From an uncultured Acidobacteriota bacterium (GTDB taxonomy: Bacteria; Acidobacteriota; Thermoanaerobaculia; Multivoradales; UBA5704): a DNA stretch of 64,000 nucleotides. A program made the position numbers and the translations under genes. This document shows positions 47,518-57,100 of the stretch, piece after piece (positions within the stretch are counted from its first letter, which is position 1; each line of letters opens with the position of its first letter). The stretch lies in the NCBI GenBank assembly GCA_963770895.1, contig CAVYRF010000002.1:448001-512000 (forward strand), given 5' to 3'. The notes under the pieces are model-generated. The model did no database searches. It had not been told where the DNA came from and worked only from the letters and a program-made list of their open reading frames with translations.

Positions 47518-49440
47518 TCATGCGGGCGTGCCCTCAAAGGGAAGCTGCGGATTGTGACGGGCCCGGTACAGATACTGGATGAGGCCGCTGAGGAATGAGC
47601 CCGTCGCTCGTTCTTCAGCGGCCGCCCGCCGGAACAGGTCCAGTGCCCGCTGCGCTTCGGCGTGCACCTGCTGCGCGGCGAAAATCGGCGCCGATTTTTC
47701 GGCCAGCACCTTTACCTCGGCCGTGCGCCCCAGGGCAGCATGGATCTGCGCCAGCTCCAGAGTCACCAGGGCGGCATCGTACGCATCCTTGTGACGGGCG
47801 AACTGCTGACGTGCTCGTGCCAGAAGTGAGGCCGCTTCTTTTGTTCGGCCAAGGCCGAATGCGATTTTGCCTTCGAGCCAGATGACCCGAATCTGCTCCA
47901 AGGGCTTGCCAAACTGCATCGCCAATGCATGCACGTTGGGAAGCATCAACGCGGCCTGGCCATACTGTCCGAGATGGCAGAGGGTGGCCGCCAGATTCTT
48001 CTGCACGATGTAGAACTTCCAAGGCTCTTGCTGGGGATCGATACGGGACGAGACCTCCCGCAACACCCTCTCAGCCAGGCTGAAGTCACCCGACTCCTCG
48101 AGCGCTTTAGCCTTGCTGAGGAGCAATGCCGTCGTCTCACCCCAGCGGTCGACCACCAGTGCCTTATTCAACAGCGCCAGAGCGTCCGGAATACGACGTT
48201 GGGCTCGACGCAGTGACGTCTCCAGGTGGAGCACCCGCGCCTCGTTGAGCAGCCCCTGGTCGGCGCCTGCACCGGACCGCCACAGCTGAAGGGCGGCATG
48301 AAATGACTTTTCGGCGGCAACCAGGTCGTCGCCGGCCACACGCATTGCATTGGCGATGTGGCATCGAGCGTAGCCTTCCAGTTGGCAGCGGAATGCCGCA
48401 TCCCCGGGCACTCGCGCCGCGATGAGCAGAGCGAGATCGGCAAGGAGGGCCGCTTCCCTTGCGCTGCCACCCGCGGCCTCCAGGCTCTTGTCGCAGATCA
48501 ACTCGCACAGACCGACGGTGTGGAACTCCGCCCCTTCGCAGACCAAAGCTCGCTGGGCATCCTCCGAGACACGCTGCAGGCACTCCCACTGCAAGGGCGC
48601 CTGCCAGCGGGAAAGCTGAACTCGTGCTACCCACACCAGCCCCTCAAGGCATACCGCCATCCAATCCTCGGCCCGGCGCGCCTGGGCAGCCACCACTTGC
48701 TCGATTGCCTCTCGCGTCGGATCGTCACTGATCGCCATGTGGGATTCCAGCGCCGACGCGGCCAACTGAACGAAACCGAGGGTCCGATCCAGCATCCCTG
48801 GCGGGAATCCCATCCCCTCGACAATGCGGTTGAGCGTCAGCATGCGGGGCACGGTCTTGCCAAGCTCGTAGCTCGAAATCGAGGTTTTGCGAGCACCGAC
48901 GCTCTCGGCAAGATCCTGCTGTCCAGATCTGCGAATCACTCGCAAGATGACCAGCACCACATCCACCGGGAGAGACCCGCGGTCGGACCTGGCCTTTTCA
49001 GGCCGGGAAGACCCGATCCCCGCATCCGTCGCCGGCGTAGCGCCGTCCGCACCTGAACCGTCCGCCTGCTCCCGCACATCGCGAAGGAGGCGCATCAGCA
49101 ACTGGCGAGCGAGCCCTTCCATCCATCCACCGGCTTCGACCGTCAGCCGGTCGAGCCACGCCGAAAGCGCGGGCTGGCCTGCCCCCACGTAAAGCTCTCT
49201 TTCGACCCGCGCCCAGCGCACAAAGGAAACGGTTCGATCGAGAAGCCTGGGTGGATAGCCCATGGCGGCAACCAACAGCTGCCGCGTTTCGAGCGAAGGC
49301 GTCTTCGAACCGCGCTCGAATTTCGCGATCGAGGTGACTTGCAAACCCGCCTGCTGCGCCAGCTCTGAGCGAGTCCAGCGGCGCACCACCCGCAGGATGG
49401 TGAGCGCCTCTGCCCACGGTAGCGCCGCGTCCTCCGCCAT
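47518..49440 (-). CDS. Tandem XRE-HTH + TPR regulator A2
   Basis: Two HTH domains (RRWTRSELAQQAGL...FERG; QQDLAESVG...YELGKTVP), TPR core and YLYRARHNPQLPF tail. Start chosen by GGAG RBS and homology to 52428. Confidence 0.82.
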   Translation of the reverse strand: MAEDAALPWAEALTILRVVRRWTRSELAQQAGLQVTSIAKFERGSKTPSLETRQLLVAAMGYPPRLLDRTVSFVRWARVERELYVGAGQPALSAWLDRLTVEAGGWMEGLARQLLMRLLRDVREQADGSGADGATPATDAGIGSSRPEKARSDRGSLPVDVVLVILRVIRRSGQQDLAESVGARKTSISSYELGKTVPRMLTLNRIVEGMGFPPGMLDRTLGFVQLAASALESHMAISDDPTREAIEQVVAAQARRAEDWMAVCLEGLVWVARVQLSRWQAPLQWECLQRVSEDAQRALVCEGAEFHTVGLCELICDKSLEAAGGSAREAALLADLALLIAARVPGDAAFRCQLEGYARCHIANAMRVAGDDLVAAEKSFHAALQLWRSGAGADQGLLNEARVLHLETSLRRAQRRIPDALALLNKALVVDRWGETTALLLSKAKALEESGDFSLAERVLREVSSRIDPQQEPWKFYIVQKNLAATLCHLGQYGQAALMLPNVHALAMQFGKPLEQIRVIWLEGKIAFGLGRTKEAASLLARARQQFARHKDAYDAALVTLELAQIHAALGRTAEVKVLAEKSAPIFAAQQVHAEAQRALDLFRRAAAEERATGSFLSGLIQYLYRARHNPQLPFEGTPA

Positions 49441-49625
49441 TCCATGCTCCAACCAAAGTGCCTGCCCTGAGAAAATCCGGTCCCAGCCCGCGGCCGTCCG
49501 CTGCAGAGGAGGACCTTCCAAGGATCTCTAACGTCCAGCACTGTAGAGCTTAAACGATCCCGCCATGATGGCGCTACAACCGAGGCGGTGAGGGCTTTGG
49601 ACCGGTAGCGCAGGCACCTCAACAA

Positions 49626-49892
49626 TTGCCCCGATCGCGACGCGCCTGGCGGCGCGTGCGCGATCGGGCCGGGGGGGGCGGGCGAGGCGTTTTGCCCCGC
49701 TTAGCGCTTCTGGCCGCGGCGGACGCGTTCGAGGAGGCGGGTGGAGTCTTTCATGCACTCCATCATTTTTTCTTGCAGGCCTTCGCCGCGGCCCAGGCCT
49801 CGGGCGTGGGCCAGGACGCTGCGGGCGCGGTCTTCTTCTCCGGAAGCTAGCAGGGCCATGCCGAGGTGGGTGAGGGTGTTGGCGGAGGGGCC
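49626..49892. repeat. Direct repeat copy 1 (267 bp): 3' end and hairpin of the TPR gene at 57494-59341
   Basis: Identical by eye to 57418-57685 except for a G8 versus G9 run. Confidence 0.9.
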
Positions 49893-50268
49893 GACACCGC
49901 ACCTGGGCGACGGCGCCCTGGTGCAGCACCTCGCCCAGGCTGCGCAGCATGCGCAGGACCGAGGCGTGGACGGCCTGCTGCTCCTCCGCGGTCAGGTCAT
50001 CCGCCGGGGCCTCCGCATCCCCGCCGGCCATGGAGAGCAGGAGAGCCACCATCGACGTCGTGAGCTCGCCGACTCCATCCGCCGTGCGCATTGCCGCCAC
50101 CAGTGCGTCGAAGCGCTCTTGGGTCAGGCGGATCTTGCCGTTTTCGTATTGGGACAGCTGACTGCTGCCGGTTCCGCTGGCCTTCGCCAGAGCGGTTTGC
50201 GTCCATCCGTTGATCGCCCGCACGATGGTCAGCGATAGCCCCAGGGCGGAGGGTTGCGATCGGTTCAA
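49893..50268 (-). pseudogene. Truncated XRE-HTH(-TPR) regulator
   Basis: HTH LSLTIVRAINGWTQTALAKASGTGSSQLSQYENGK. The frame runs into repeat copy 1 after ...AVAQVRC and then reads out-of-frame junk to 49528. Confidence 0.65.
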
Positions 50269-50690
50269 ACTACCTTCCCCTCATAGAACTGACTTTCCAG
50301 CAGGGCGTTGGTCACCTCGACGGCTGCCAGCAAGGCGTCGGCCGCCGGCTCCAGGTGATCGCTGATCGCGCCTTCTACGGCGGCACGAAGATCCATCCCG
50401 ACGGTGTACGGCGCGCAGTGCTCCTCGCGCGCCTTGAAGTCATCCGGCAGCGGGATCTGTCCGTACAGCTCGCGCAAACGACCCGACAGTTTCTTGATCT
50501 GCGCTGCGATCAGGCGGAGCTGGCGCTTGCGAACCGACAGCGGGTCTTGCGGCCTGCCCGCTTTGCGAGCGGTCTTCCCGGACCGCACCACCGATGCGGG
50601 TCCCCTGCCCGTCCCGGCGTTCCCGGGCGCGCACGACATCCCGTCGAAGGGTGCTGCGATGCGCAGATCAGCAGACCGCTCGCGCGCCAT
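50265..50690 (-). CDS. Small helical hypothetical protein coupled to the HTH gene
   Basis: GGAG RBS. The stop overlaps the TTG start of the HTH gene. Helical segments QLRLIAAQIKKLSGRLRELY and DLRAAVEGAISDHLEPAADALL. Confidence 0.6.
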   Translation of the reverse strand: MARERSADLRIAAPFDGMSCAPGNAGTGRGPASVVRSGKTARKAGRPQDPLSVRKRQLRLIAAQIKKLSGRLRELYGQIPLPDDFKAREEHCAPYTVGMDLRAAVEGAISDHLEPAADALLAAVEVTNALLESQFYEGKVV

Positions 50691-50697
50691 GTCGGAC

Positions 50698-51993
50698 CTA
50701 CTCCAGCATCTCGGGCGAAGCGCCGCACACAGGCTCGAGCTCACCGTGGTAACGCAGCAGCCGGTCGGTCAGGGTGCGCTGCGGGCACAGCAGGTCCGGG
50801 CGCCCCGGCACCGGCTGGTGCGCGCCCAGACGGTCGATCAAGGTGTTGACGGCCTCGTAGTACGCCCGGCGTCCGCGAGCGTCCAAGGCAACCAGATCGC
50901 GCAGCGCCTGCGCCCAGGGGACCCCAGCGATCGCAAAAGCCTGCTCCAGCCCCGCCGCCAGCGCCTCGCCCTGCAAGGCTAGGCCGCCCTCGACCCGCGC
51001 GGTCAGCAGGTCGCAGCTCACGGTGACCGCTTCGGCCAGGCTCCCCTCGCTCAGCAAGCGTGCGTGCACCGCGCCCAGCTGCGCCAGGGCCTCGGCAAAG
51101 CGCCCCGCCGCGGCGGCGATGTGGCCTTCCGCCCAGGTGCGAGCCACGTCCTCGCACCATGGCGCGGGCAGCGCGTACAGCTGTCGCGCGCGCTCCAACC
51201 ACGGTTCCGCATCCAGACCCACCTCGCCCCCCTGGCGGGCTTCGCACTCGGCGCAGGCCAGCGCCACCCGCACCGCCGTCACCGTCGCCGCTGCCTGATC
51301 TTGCAGAAGGACCCAGGCGCGCTTCAGGTTGCCGCGGGCCGCGGCCAGGTCACCCGACTCCATCTGCAGAAAGCCGATTTCGGCCAGGCACGCGGCCAGC
51401 GGCAGGCGCGCCGCGGCCGCGGCGAAGGCGACGGACGCGCGCTGGAAGTACATGACGGCGCTATCCCACCCGCCGTACGCCTGCGCCACCTGCGCCCAGC
51501 CGGCATGCGCCAGGCCCAGTTCCTCGCTCGGCTGGTGCGGCACCTCCAGATAGCTGTGAATACCGCCCAGCGCCGCCGCGGCGGCCGCAGGATCACCACG
51601 GTGCAGGAGCGCCTTGCCCAGCAGCCAATGGGCCAGGGCACCGGCCCGCCTCACGCGACCGCGGGCGTCCCGCACCACGCGCGCCGCCAGAATCGTCGCC
51701 AGCTCGGCCTCCTGCTCGCCGGCATCGGCGCCGTGCGGTGCCAGCACCGCACTTTCGGCCTCCAGGTTGAACAAAGTCAGCAGCTCGGCGCGGTGGAAAC
51801 GTGGGTCTTGTTGGGCCGTTTGTAGCCGCACGGCCCGCGGCATGGCCATCAGCTCCCGCGCCAGGCAGACAGACGCATAGGCGCGTTCCAAAGGCCGGTC
51901 AAGCCAGCCCGAGGCGCCGGGGCCATCTGGCACGGCCGGCGTCAGGCGGAGCGGGGGATTTTCGCCGCGGCGCAAGCTGCCTTCTGGCTCCAT
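50698..51993 (-). CDS. TPR-like helical repeat protein C2
   Basis: Paralog of 43310-44515. GGGAGG upstream of the ATG at 51993. Start uncertain. Confidence 0.7.
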   Translation of the reverse strand: MEPEGSLRRGENPPLRLTPAVPDGPGASGWLDRPLERAYASVCLARELMAMPRAVRLQTAQQDPRFHRAELLTLFNLEAESAVLAPHGADAGEQEAELATILAARVVRDARGRVRRAGALAHWLLGKALLHRGDPAAAAAALGGIHSYLEVPHQPSEELGLAHAGWAQVAQAYGGWDSAVMYFQRASVAFAAAAARLPLAACLAEIGFLQMESGDLAAARGNLKRAWVLLQDQAAATVTAVRVALACAECEARQGGEVGLDAEPWLERARQLYALPAPWCEDVARTWAEGHIAAAAGRFAEALAQLGAVHARLLSEGSLAEAVTVSCDLLTARVEGGLALQGEALAAGLEQAFAIAGVPWAQALRDLVALDARGRRAYYEAVNTLIDRLGAHQPVPGRPDLLCPQRTLTDRLLRYHGELEPVCGASPEMLE

Positions 51994-52316
51994 GATCGAT
52001 GTCACCCTCCCAAGGATCGGTTCTTCTCGTACCTGCATGTCGGCGTTGCCAGGTGCACGGCTCAGTCCTCGGAACGGGAAATACCCAGCGGCCTTGCCGG
52101 CCTGGCCGAGCACAGGTCACCAGCGGCACGGTTGGCCTGATCGAGCTTCGCTCCGCGCAATCCGGCGGTACCGCGTTACCGGCCACCTCCAGGTCCAGCC
52201 ACCCGATCCATATGCAGACGCTACCCTGCGCTCGACACCTAACCCCCTGGATCTGCCCTGGCGCTGCATCCGGCGTCATTGCCAGGAATCGTGAAATCTC
52301 TTAAGATGGGTATTCG

Positions 52317-52342
52317 TTGACACTTCGTTGCCATGCAACGAA
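52317..52342 (+). promoter_or_regulatory. TTGACA box followed by a perfect palindrome (candidate operator)
   Basis: TTGACA at 52317-52322, then TTCGTTGC-CAT-GCAACGAA at 52324-52342, in the divergent C2/B1 intergenic region. Confidence 0.45.
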
Positions 52343-52427
52343 ACAGATGCAGCTGGGACGCCGCGCATCGGTCGCGGAGGCGCTGCGCGCCACGCACCCG
52401 GGCATCCACCGATCTTCTGGAGGCGAC

Positions 52428-54347
52428 ATGGCGAAGGACCCGAGGCCGGCCTGGGCCAAGGCCCTCACCACCCTGCGGCTCATCCGTCGTTGGAACCGAA
52501 GAAAGCTGGCGCAGGCGGCAGGGTTGTCGGCCAGCGCGATCACCCGCTACGAAAAAGGCGATCGCGGTACGGTCGAAGACGCGATACGCCTCGGCTTTGC
52601 CATGGGATTCCCCCACCACGTCTGGCAGCGCGTATTGGAATTCGTGGTCGCGGTCGAGGGCATGCACGCAGGTCAGCCGTCGACGCCGGATCAAGGCGCC
52701 AACAGCTCGATTGAAGCGATTGCCAGGACCGCTGCAAAGTGGACAGAGGCGCTGATCAAGTCGGCACTGACCACGACTCTGGTCGAGTCGCGCCGGCAGC
52801 TGAACGTCGCTTCCGTGCCTGCAAAGCGCCAGCCGGCGCGCTCCGCGCTCGCGGGGCGAGCATCGCACGCCAAGCGACCTGCCGCCGCGCCCAGCGCCCC
52901 GCCGGCCACCGGCGAGGCCATCGTCATCCTCCGCATGATGCGTAGCTGGGAACGGCAGGATCTCGCCGACGCAATCGGCCGGCCCGACGAAACCGTCGCC
53001 AACTACGAGTACGGCAGGACTGTGCCCAATCCCCAGGTGCTGCGCGCCCTGCTTGCAGTCATGGACTATCCCCTCGCGGCACTCGAGGCCGCGATCGAGC
53101 TCGTTCATATGGCGCGGGAAGCACACAGGCTCTCGCGCGACGTCGGTCGCGACAGGCAGTCGGCCGAAATCGCCACGATCGCGGCGCAAAAAGCCCGGAG
53201 GGTCGCAGCGTTTACCCGCGGAGAGATGGAAGAGTTGGCGGTCGTGGCGCGGGTCCTGGTGTCCCGCGACGGAGCCGAAAGCCTGTGGGCATCGCTTTCT
53301 GCTTGTTCCGAAAGGAGCCAGCACGACTTGGTGCGCCAGCTGGTTCTGTACCAGACGCCGGGATTTTGCGAGCTGCTCTGCGACGAGAGCCTGAAGGTGG
53401 CGGGGGACAGTGCGCGGCGAGCCAAGCACTTGGCCGAACTGGCGGTCCTGGCCGCCGAGCTGGCCACTGGCAGCGACGCCTTTCGCGCCCGCCTACGCGG
53501 CTTCGCCGGCGCTCACCACGCCAATGCCCTGCGGGTCGCCGGACATCACCTGCCGGCGGCGGGCGCGGCGTTGGATCGCGCCCTGGCGGCGTGGAATGCG
53601 GGTGCCGGGTCCGATGCAGGGATGCTCAATGCAGCGCGGGTATGCGGCCTTCTCGCGTCGATGCGACGCGGACAGCGCCTCCTGCCGGCAGCCATCCAGG
53701 CGCTCGACGAGGGGCTCAGGGTCGACCGCTGGGGCGAGACGCCGGTGCTGCGGCTCGCCAAGGCAAGGGTGCTGATTGAGATGGGAGACTTCGCAGCATC
53801 CATCGATCAGCTGCGGCGGGCGGAGAGCGATTTAGACGGCGAGGCCGAGCCACGACGGTTCTACGTGATCGAGAACTTGCAGGTGCTCAACCTGTGTCAT
53901 CTCGGCCAGTTCGCAGCCGCCGAGCGGAAACTGGCCAGTCTGCGCCGGCTGGCGCGGAGCAATCGGCTCGACCTGCTGCGGGTTGACTGGCTGGCGGGAA
54001 AGGTGGCCGCTGGGCTGAGGCAAGAAACAGAGGCGCTCGCCTTGCTTCTGCAGGCGCGTGCCGGTTTCGTCGAGGTGGGCAACGCCTATGACGCTGCCCT
54101 GGTGACCCTGGAGCTTGCTGAAGTGCAGTCCTCGCTAGGCCACACCGCCGAAGTCAAAGCGCTTGCCCGCAAGTCGGCGCCCATCTTTGCGGACCAGCGG
54201 GTGCACCGGGAAGCGCAGCGGGCGCTCGCATTGTTTCGCGCCGCGGCGGAAGAGGAGAGGGTTACCAGCGACCTGTTGCGTCACCTGATCGTCTATCTCT
54301 GCAAGGCCCGTCACGATCCATCCCTCCGCTTCGCCGCAGAGGGTTGA
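52428..54347 (+). CDS. Tandem XRE-HTH + TPR regulator B1
   Basis: GGAGG RBS. HTHs RRWNRRKLAQAAGL...YEKG and RQDLADAIG...YEYGRTVP, TPR core and ARHDPSLRF tail. Confidence 0.83.
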   Translation: MAKDPRPAWAKALTTLRLIRRWNRRKLAQAAGLSASAITRYEKGDRGTVEDAIRLGFAMGFPHHVWQRVLEFVVAVEGMHAGQPSTPDQGANSSIEAIARTAAKWTEALIKSALTTTLVESRRQLNVASVPAKRQPARSALAGRASHAKRPAAAPSAPPATGEAIVILRMMRSWERQDLADAIGRPDETVANYEYGRTVPNPQVLRALLAVMDYPLAALEAAIELVHMAREAHRLSRDVGRDRQSAEIATIAAQKARRVAAFTRGEMEELAVVARVLVSRDGAESLWASLSACSERSQHDLVRQLVLYQTPGFCELLCDESLKVAGDSARRAKHLAELAVLAAELATGSDAFRARLRGFAGAHHANALRVAGHHLPAAGAALDRALAAWNAGAGSDAGMLNAARVCGLLASMRRGQRLLPAAIQALDEGLRVDRWGETPVLRLAKARVLIEMGDFAASIDQLRRAESDLDGEAEPRRFYVIENLQVLNLCHLGQFAAAERKLASLRRLARSNRLDLLRVDWLAGKVAAGLRQETEALALLLQARAGFVEVGNAYDAALVTLELAEVQSSLGHTAEVKALARKSAPIFADQRVHREAQRALALFRAAAEEERVTSDLLRHLIVYLCKARHDPSLRFAAEG

Positions 54348-54513
54348 ACCATCCACCCCGCCAGGGCTCGGACCGCAACCATGAAACCGCAACCGGTCCT
54401 GGGGGCAAGCTCCTGCGCGAGCTTGTCTGCGACAGGCCTGCTCGGCGGCAGGCTCTCGATCCCGAGCGATTCGACCGCGATCGTGACGGAGAGCCCACCG
54501 TTCGCCGGCGTGC

Positions 54514-54816
54514 CTAGCCGCCGTAGGGGTCGGCTCCCGGTCCTTCGTCGGACTGCGAGGACGGTGGAGGCGCACCGGCCGGTTGCGCCAAGGCGTTCTC
54601 GAGACTCGACGTCGCATGTCCAGACGGGACTCTTGCCGATCCAAGCGTCGGTAGCCGATTCGACAGCCAACCCCAGAGAACCGCCAAGGGTTGCCAGAGT
54701 GAAGAGGAGGCACCACCTGGAGCGTGGGCCGCAACCGGTGAGGCAAAGGCCGCAAGAGGAGGCAGAACGATCAAAAGGACCAGGCCAAGGGCGATGACGC
54801 GGGGGACACGGTGCAT
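54514..54816 (-). CDS. Small secreted peptide precursor P3 (C-terminal SDEGPGADPYGG*)
   Basis: AAGGAGG RBS, signal peptide MHRVPRVIALGLVLLIVLPPLAAFA, Trp helix SLWQPLAVLWGWLS and a terminal DPYGG. Confidence 0.78.
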   Translation of the reverse strand: MHRVPRVIALGLVLLIVLPPLAAFASPVAAHAPGGASSSLWQPLAVLWGWLSNRLPTLGSARVPSGHATSSLENALAQPAGAPPPSSQSDEGPGADPYGG

Positions 54817-54989
54817 ACAGATCCTCCTTGAGCGGGGCGACTGCGAACGCGGCCGGCATGGACCGCGACGGTGCCCCCGAGAGCTACAGTGCCCAGGGTG
54901 TCAAGAATACTGCTAAAAAGTGCGTTTCCAGGGCCTGAAATCTACCCTGTATTGACGCCGCTTTGCCAGGTGCCGTGAGGAGCCTCACT

Positions 54990-56867
54990 ATGCCAGGAGT
55001 GATGGGACGCAGCGACGAGCTGGGATTGGTGCTGATCCTCTTGCGCCACCTCAAGGGCTGGTCGCAGAAGGAGCTGGTGGCTGCGTCGGGAGTCAGCTTC
55101 GGCGGTCTCCGCGGTCTGGAGCAGGGGCAGAGGCGCCAGCCGACGCTGAAGACTCTGGCGCCGCTTGCGATGGCCCTCGGCGTGGACCTGGCAGCCATTG
55201 CCGAGGCGGCAGCCGTGATCCATGGCCTGGGTGGCGCGACCCCACCAGGTGCAGCAGCCGCGGCAACCAGCGGCGCTGAACGGGCCGATGACCTGGTGAT
55301 CACGGTCGAGCCGGACGTTTCTCAGAGCGTCACCGCTGCTCTCTTGGCTGCCGCGTCGGTCGCTTCGCCTGGCCCCGGCCTGCCGCGCAGCGCAGCGCAT
55401 CAGCAGCCGGTGGCGGAAGGGAGCCAGGATCTGGGCCTGGCGGTGAAGCTCCTGCGGTTGCGACGCGGTATGGCGGTGGTGGACCTCGCTCGAATCACGG
55501 GGATGACCGTCGCGACACTGCAAGCGCTCGAGAATGCCAGGCTACGGACACCGCCGGCGAAGCTGTCCGCCGTCCTATCGGCTCTTGGCGTCGACCAAGC
55601 GACGCTGGCAACGACCCTTTCCTTGATCTGCAAGCTCCGGCGCCTGGTGGTCGCGACTGCTTCGTGGGCGGAACAGCCAGCGCTCCCAATGCAAAGCTTG
55701 GCGGAGCCCACCACCTTGCGAGACCAGCTTGCCGCCCTGCTGCTTGACGAGGCCACTGCGGTGCCCGAGCAAGCGGCTTGTGAGGACGAAGCCCGCCAGC
55801 GGGCCACGGCGCTTTGGTCCCTGCTTGCACGTTGCCCACAGACAGCTCTACGGGCGCTGGTACGTCAAGCGCCCGAGCTGCAAAGCGTCGCAGCCTGTGA
55901 AATGTTCTGCCAGCAAAGCCTGGATGTGGCGGGTGACAGCGCGCGCCGGGCAAGGCAGCGGGCCGAGCTGGCGGTCATGGCGGCCGAGCGGGCTCGCGGC
56001 AGCGCAGGCCTTCGCGCGCGCCTTGCAGGCTTCGCCGGCGTTCACCTCGCCAATGCCCTGCGCGTCGCCGGCACCAGCGTACCCACGGCCGGTGTGGCGT
56101 TCGATCGCGCTCTGGCAACCTGGAATGCGGGCGAAGGCGCCGATGGCGGGCGATTGAATGCAGCGCGAGTGCGCGGCCTGGAAGCTTCGATGCGGCGGGC
56201 GCAGCGCCGGCTCACCGAGGCGCTGGCGGCGGTAAACGAAGGTCTCCGCATCGACCGCTGGGGTGAGGCACCGGCCCTGCGCCTCGCCAAGGCCAGGGTG
56301 CTCATCGAGATGGGTGAGTTCGCACCATCGATCGACCAGCTACAGCAGGCCGCCGCTGCAATCGACGGCGATCGCGAGCCGCGCATGCTCTATGTCGTCG
56401 AGAACCTGCACATCCTCAACCTGTGCCACCTGGGGCAGTTCGCGATAGCCGCCCAGCGCCTGCCCAAGCTCCGGCTGCTGGCACAGAGCAATCGCCTCGA
56501 CCTTTTGCTTGCAGAGTGGCTAGCCGGCAAGGTAGCGGCCGGGCTGGGCCGTGTGGCAGAGGCGCTCGCCCTGCTGCTCCAAGTGCGCGCCGATTTCCTG
56601 GAGCGTCACAACGTCTACGACGCGGCCCTGGTCACGCTGGAGATAGCCGAGGTCCACGCATCGCTGGGCCACACGGCAGATGTTAAGGAACTGGCCCGCG
56701 CATCGGCGCCCATCTTCGTGGACCAGCGGGTGCACCGAGAAGCGCGGCGCGGCTTGGCGCTCTTCCGCCAGGCAGCCGAAGACGAAAAGGCGACCGGCGA
56801 GTTGCTCCACCGGCTGCTCGTCTATCTGCGCAGTGCCCGCCAGGATCCCCACCTGCGCTTCGCCTGA
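54990..56867 (+). CDS. Tandem XRE-HTH + TPR regulator B2
   Basis: GAGGAG RBS. HTHs KGWSQKELVAASGV...LEQG and RRGMAVVDLARITGM...LENA, TPR core and ARQDPHLRF tail. Confidence 0.83.
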   Translation: MPGVMGRSDELGLVLILLRHLKGWSQKELVAASGVSFGGLRGLEQGQRRQPTLKTLAPLAMALGVDLAAIAEAAAVIHGLGGATPPGAAAAATSGAERADDLVITVEPDVSQSVTAALLAAASVASPGPGLPRSAAHQQPVAEGSQDLGLAVKLLRLRRGMAVVDLARITGMTVATLQALENARLRTPPAKLSAVLSALGVDQATLATTLSLICKLRRLVVATASWAEQPALPMQSLAEPTTLRDQLAALLLDEATAVPEQAACEDEARQRATALWSLLARCPQTALRALVRQAPELQSVAACEMFCQQSLDVAGDSARRARQRAELAVMAAERARGSAGLRARLAGFAGVHLANALRVAGTSVPTAGVAFDRALATWNAGEGADGGRLNAARVRGLEASMRRAQRRLTEALAAVNEGLRIDRWGEAPALRLAKARVLIEMGEFAPSIDQLQQAAAAIDGDREPRMLYVVENLHILNLCHLGQFAIAAQRLPKLRLLAQSNRLDLLLAEWLAGKVAAGLGRVAEALALLLQVRADFLERHNVYDAALVTLEIAEVHASLGHTADVKELARASAPIFVDQRVHREARRGLALFRQAAEDEKATGELLHRLLVYLRSARQDPHLRFA

Positions 56868-57100
56868 TTCCTATGAGCACGAAGCCCGTATCATGGACGA
56901 GCAAGCCGAGAGACGCCGGACGGGATTCGATCACTGATCTAACACTGCGACGGGCGGCGCTTGGCAGCGGCGAGCCGCACCGTGCGGGCGTTCGTTTTTT
57001 CAGTCTCGACCGCCGGCTTGGCGCCGGTGCGTTCGGCGGCGCCCGCCCCGAGGCCAATCCCGACCGGGCGCGGTTGGCGCGCCAGAAAGGGCACTCGTCC

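Noticed and set aside
49528-49892. Arg/Pro-rich C-terminal half of the 246-aa ORF as a real domain
   Set aside because: It is an out-of-frame translation of the duplicated TPR gene end.
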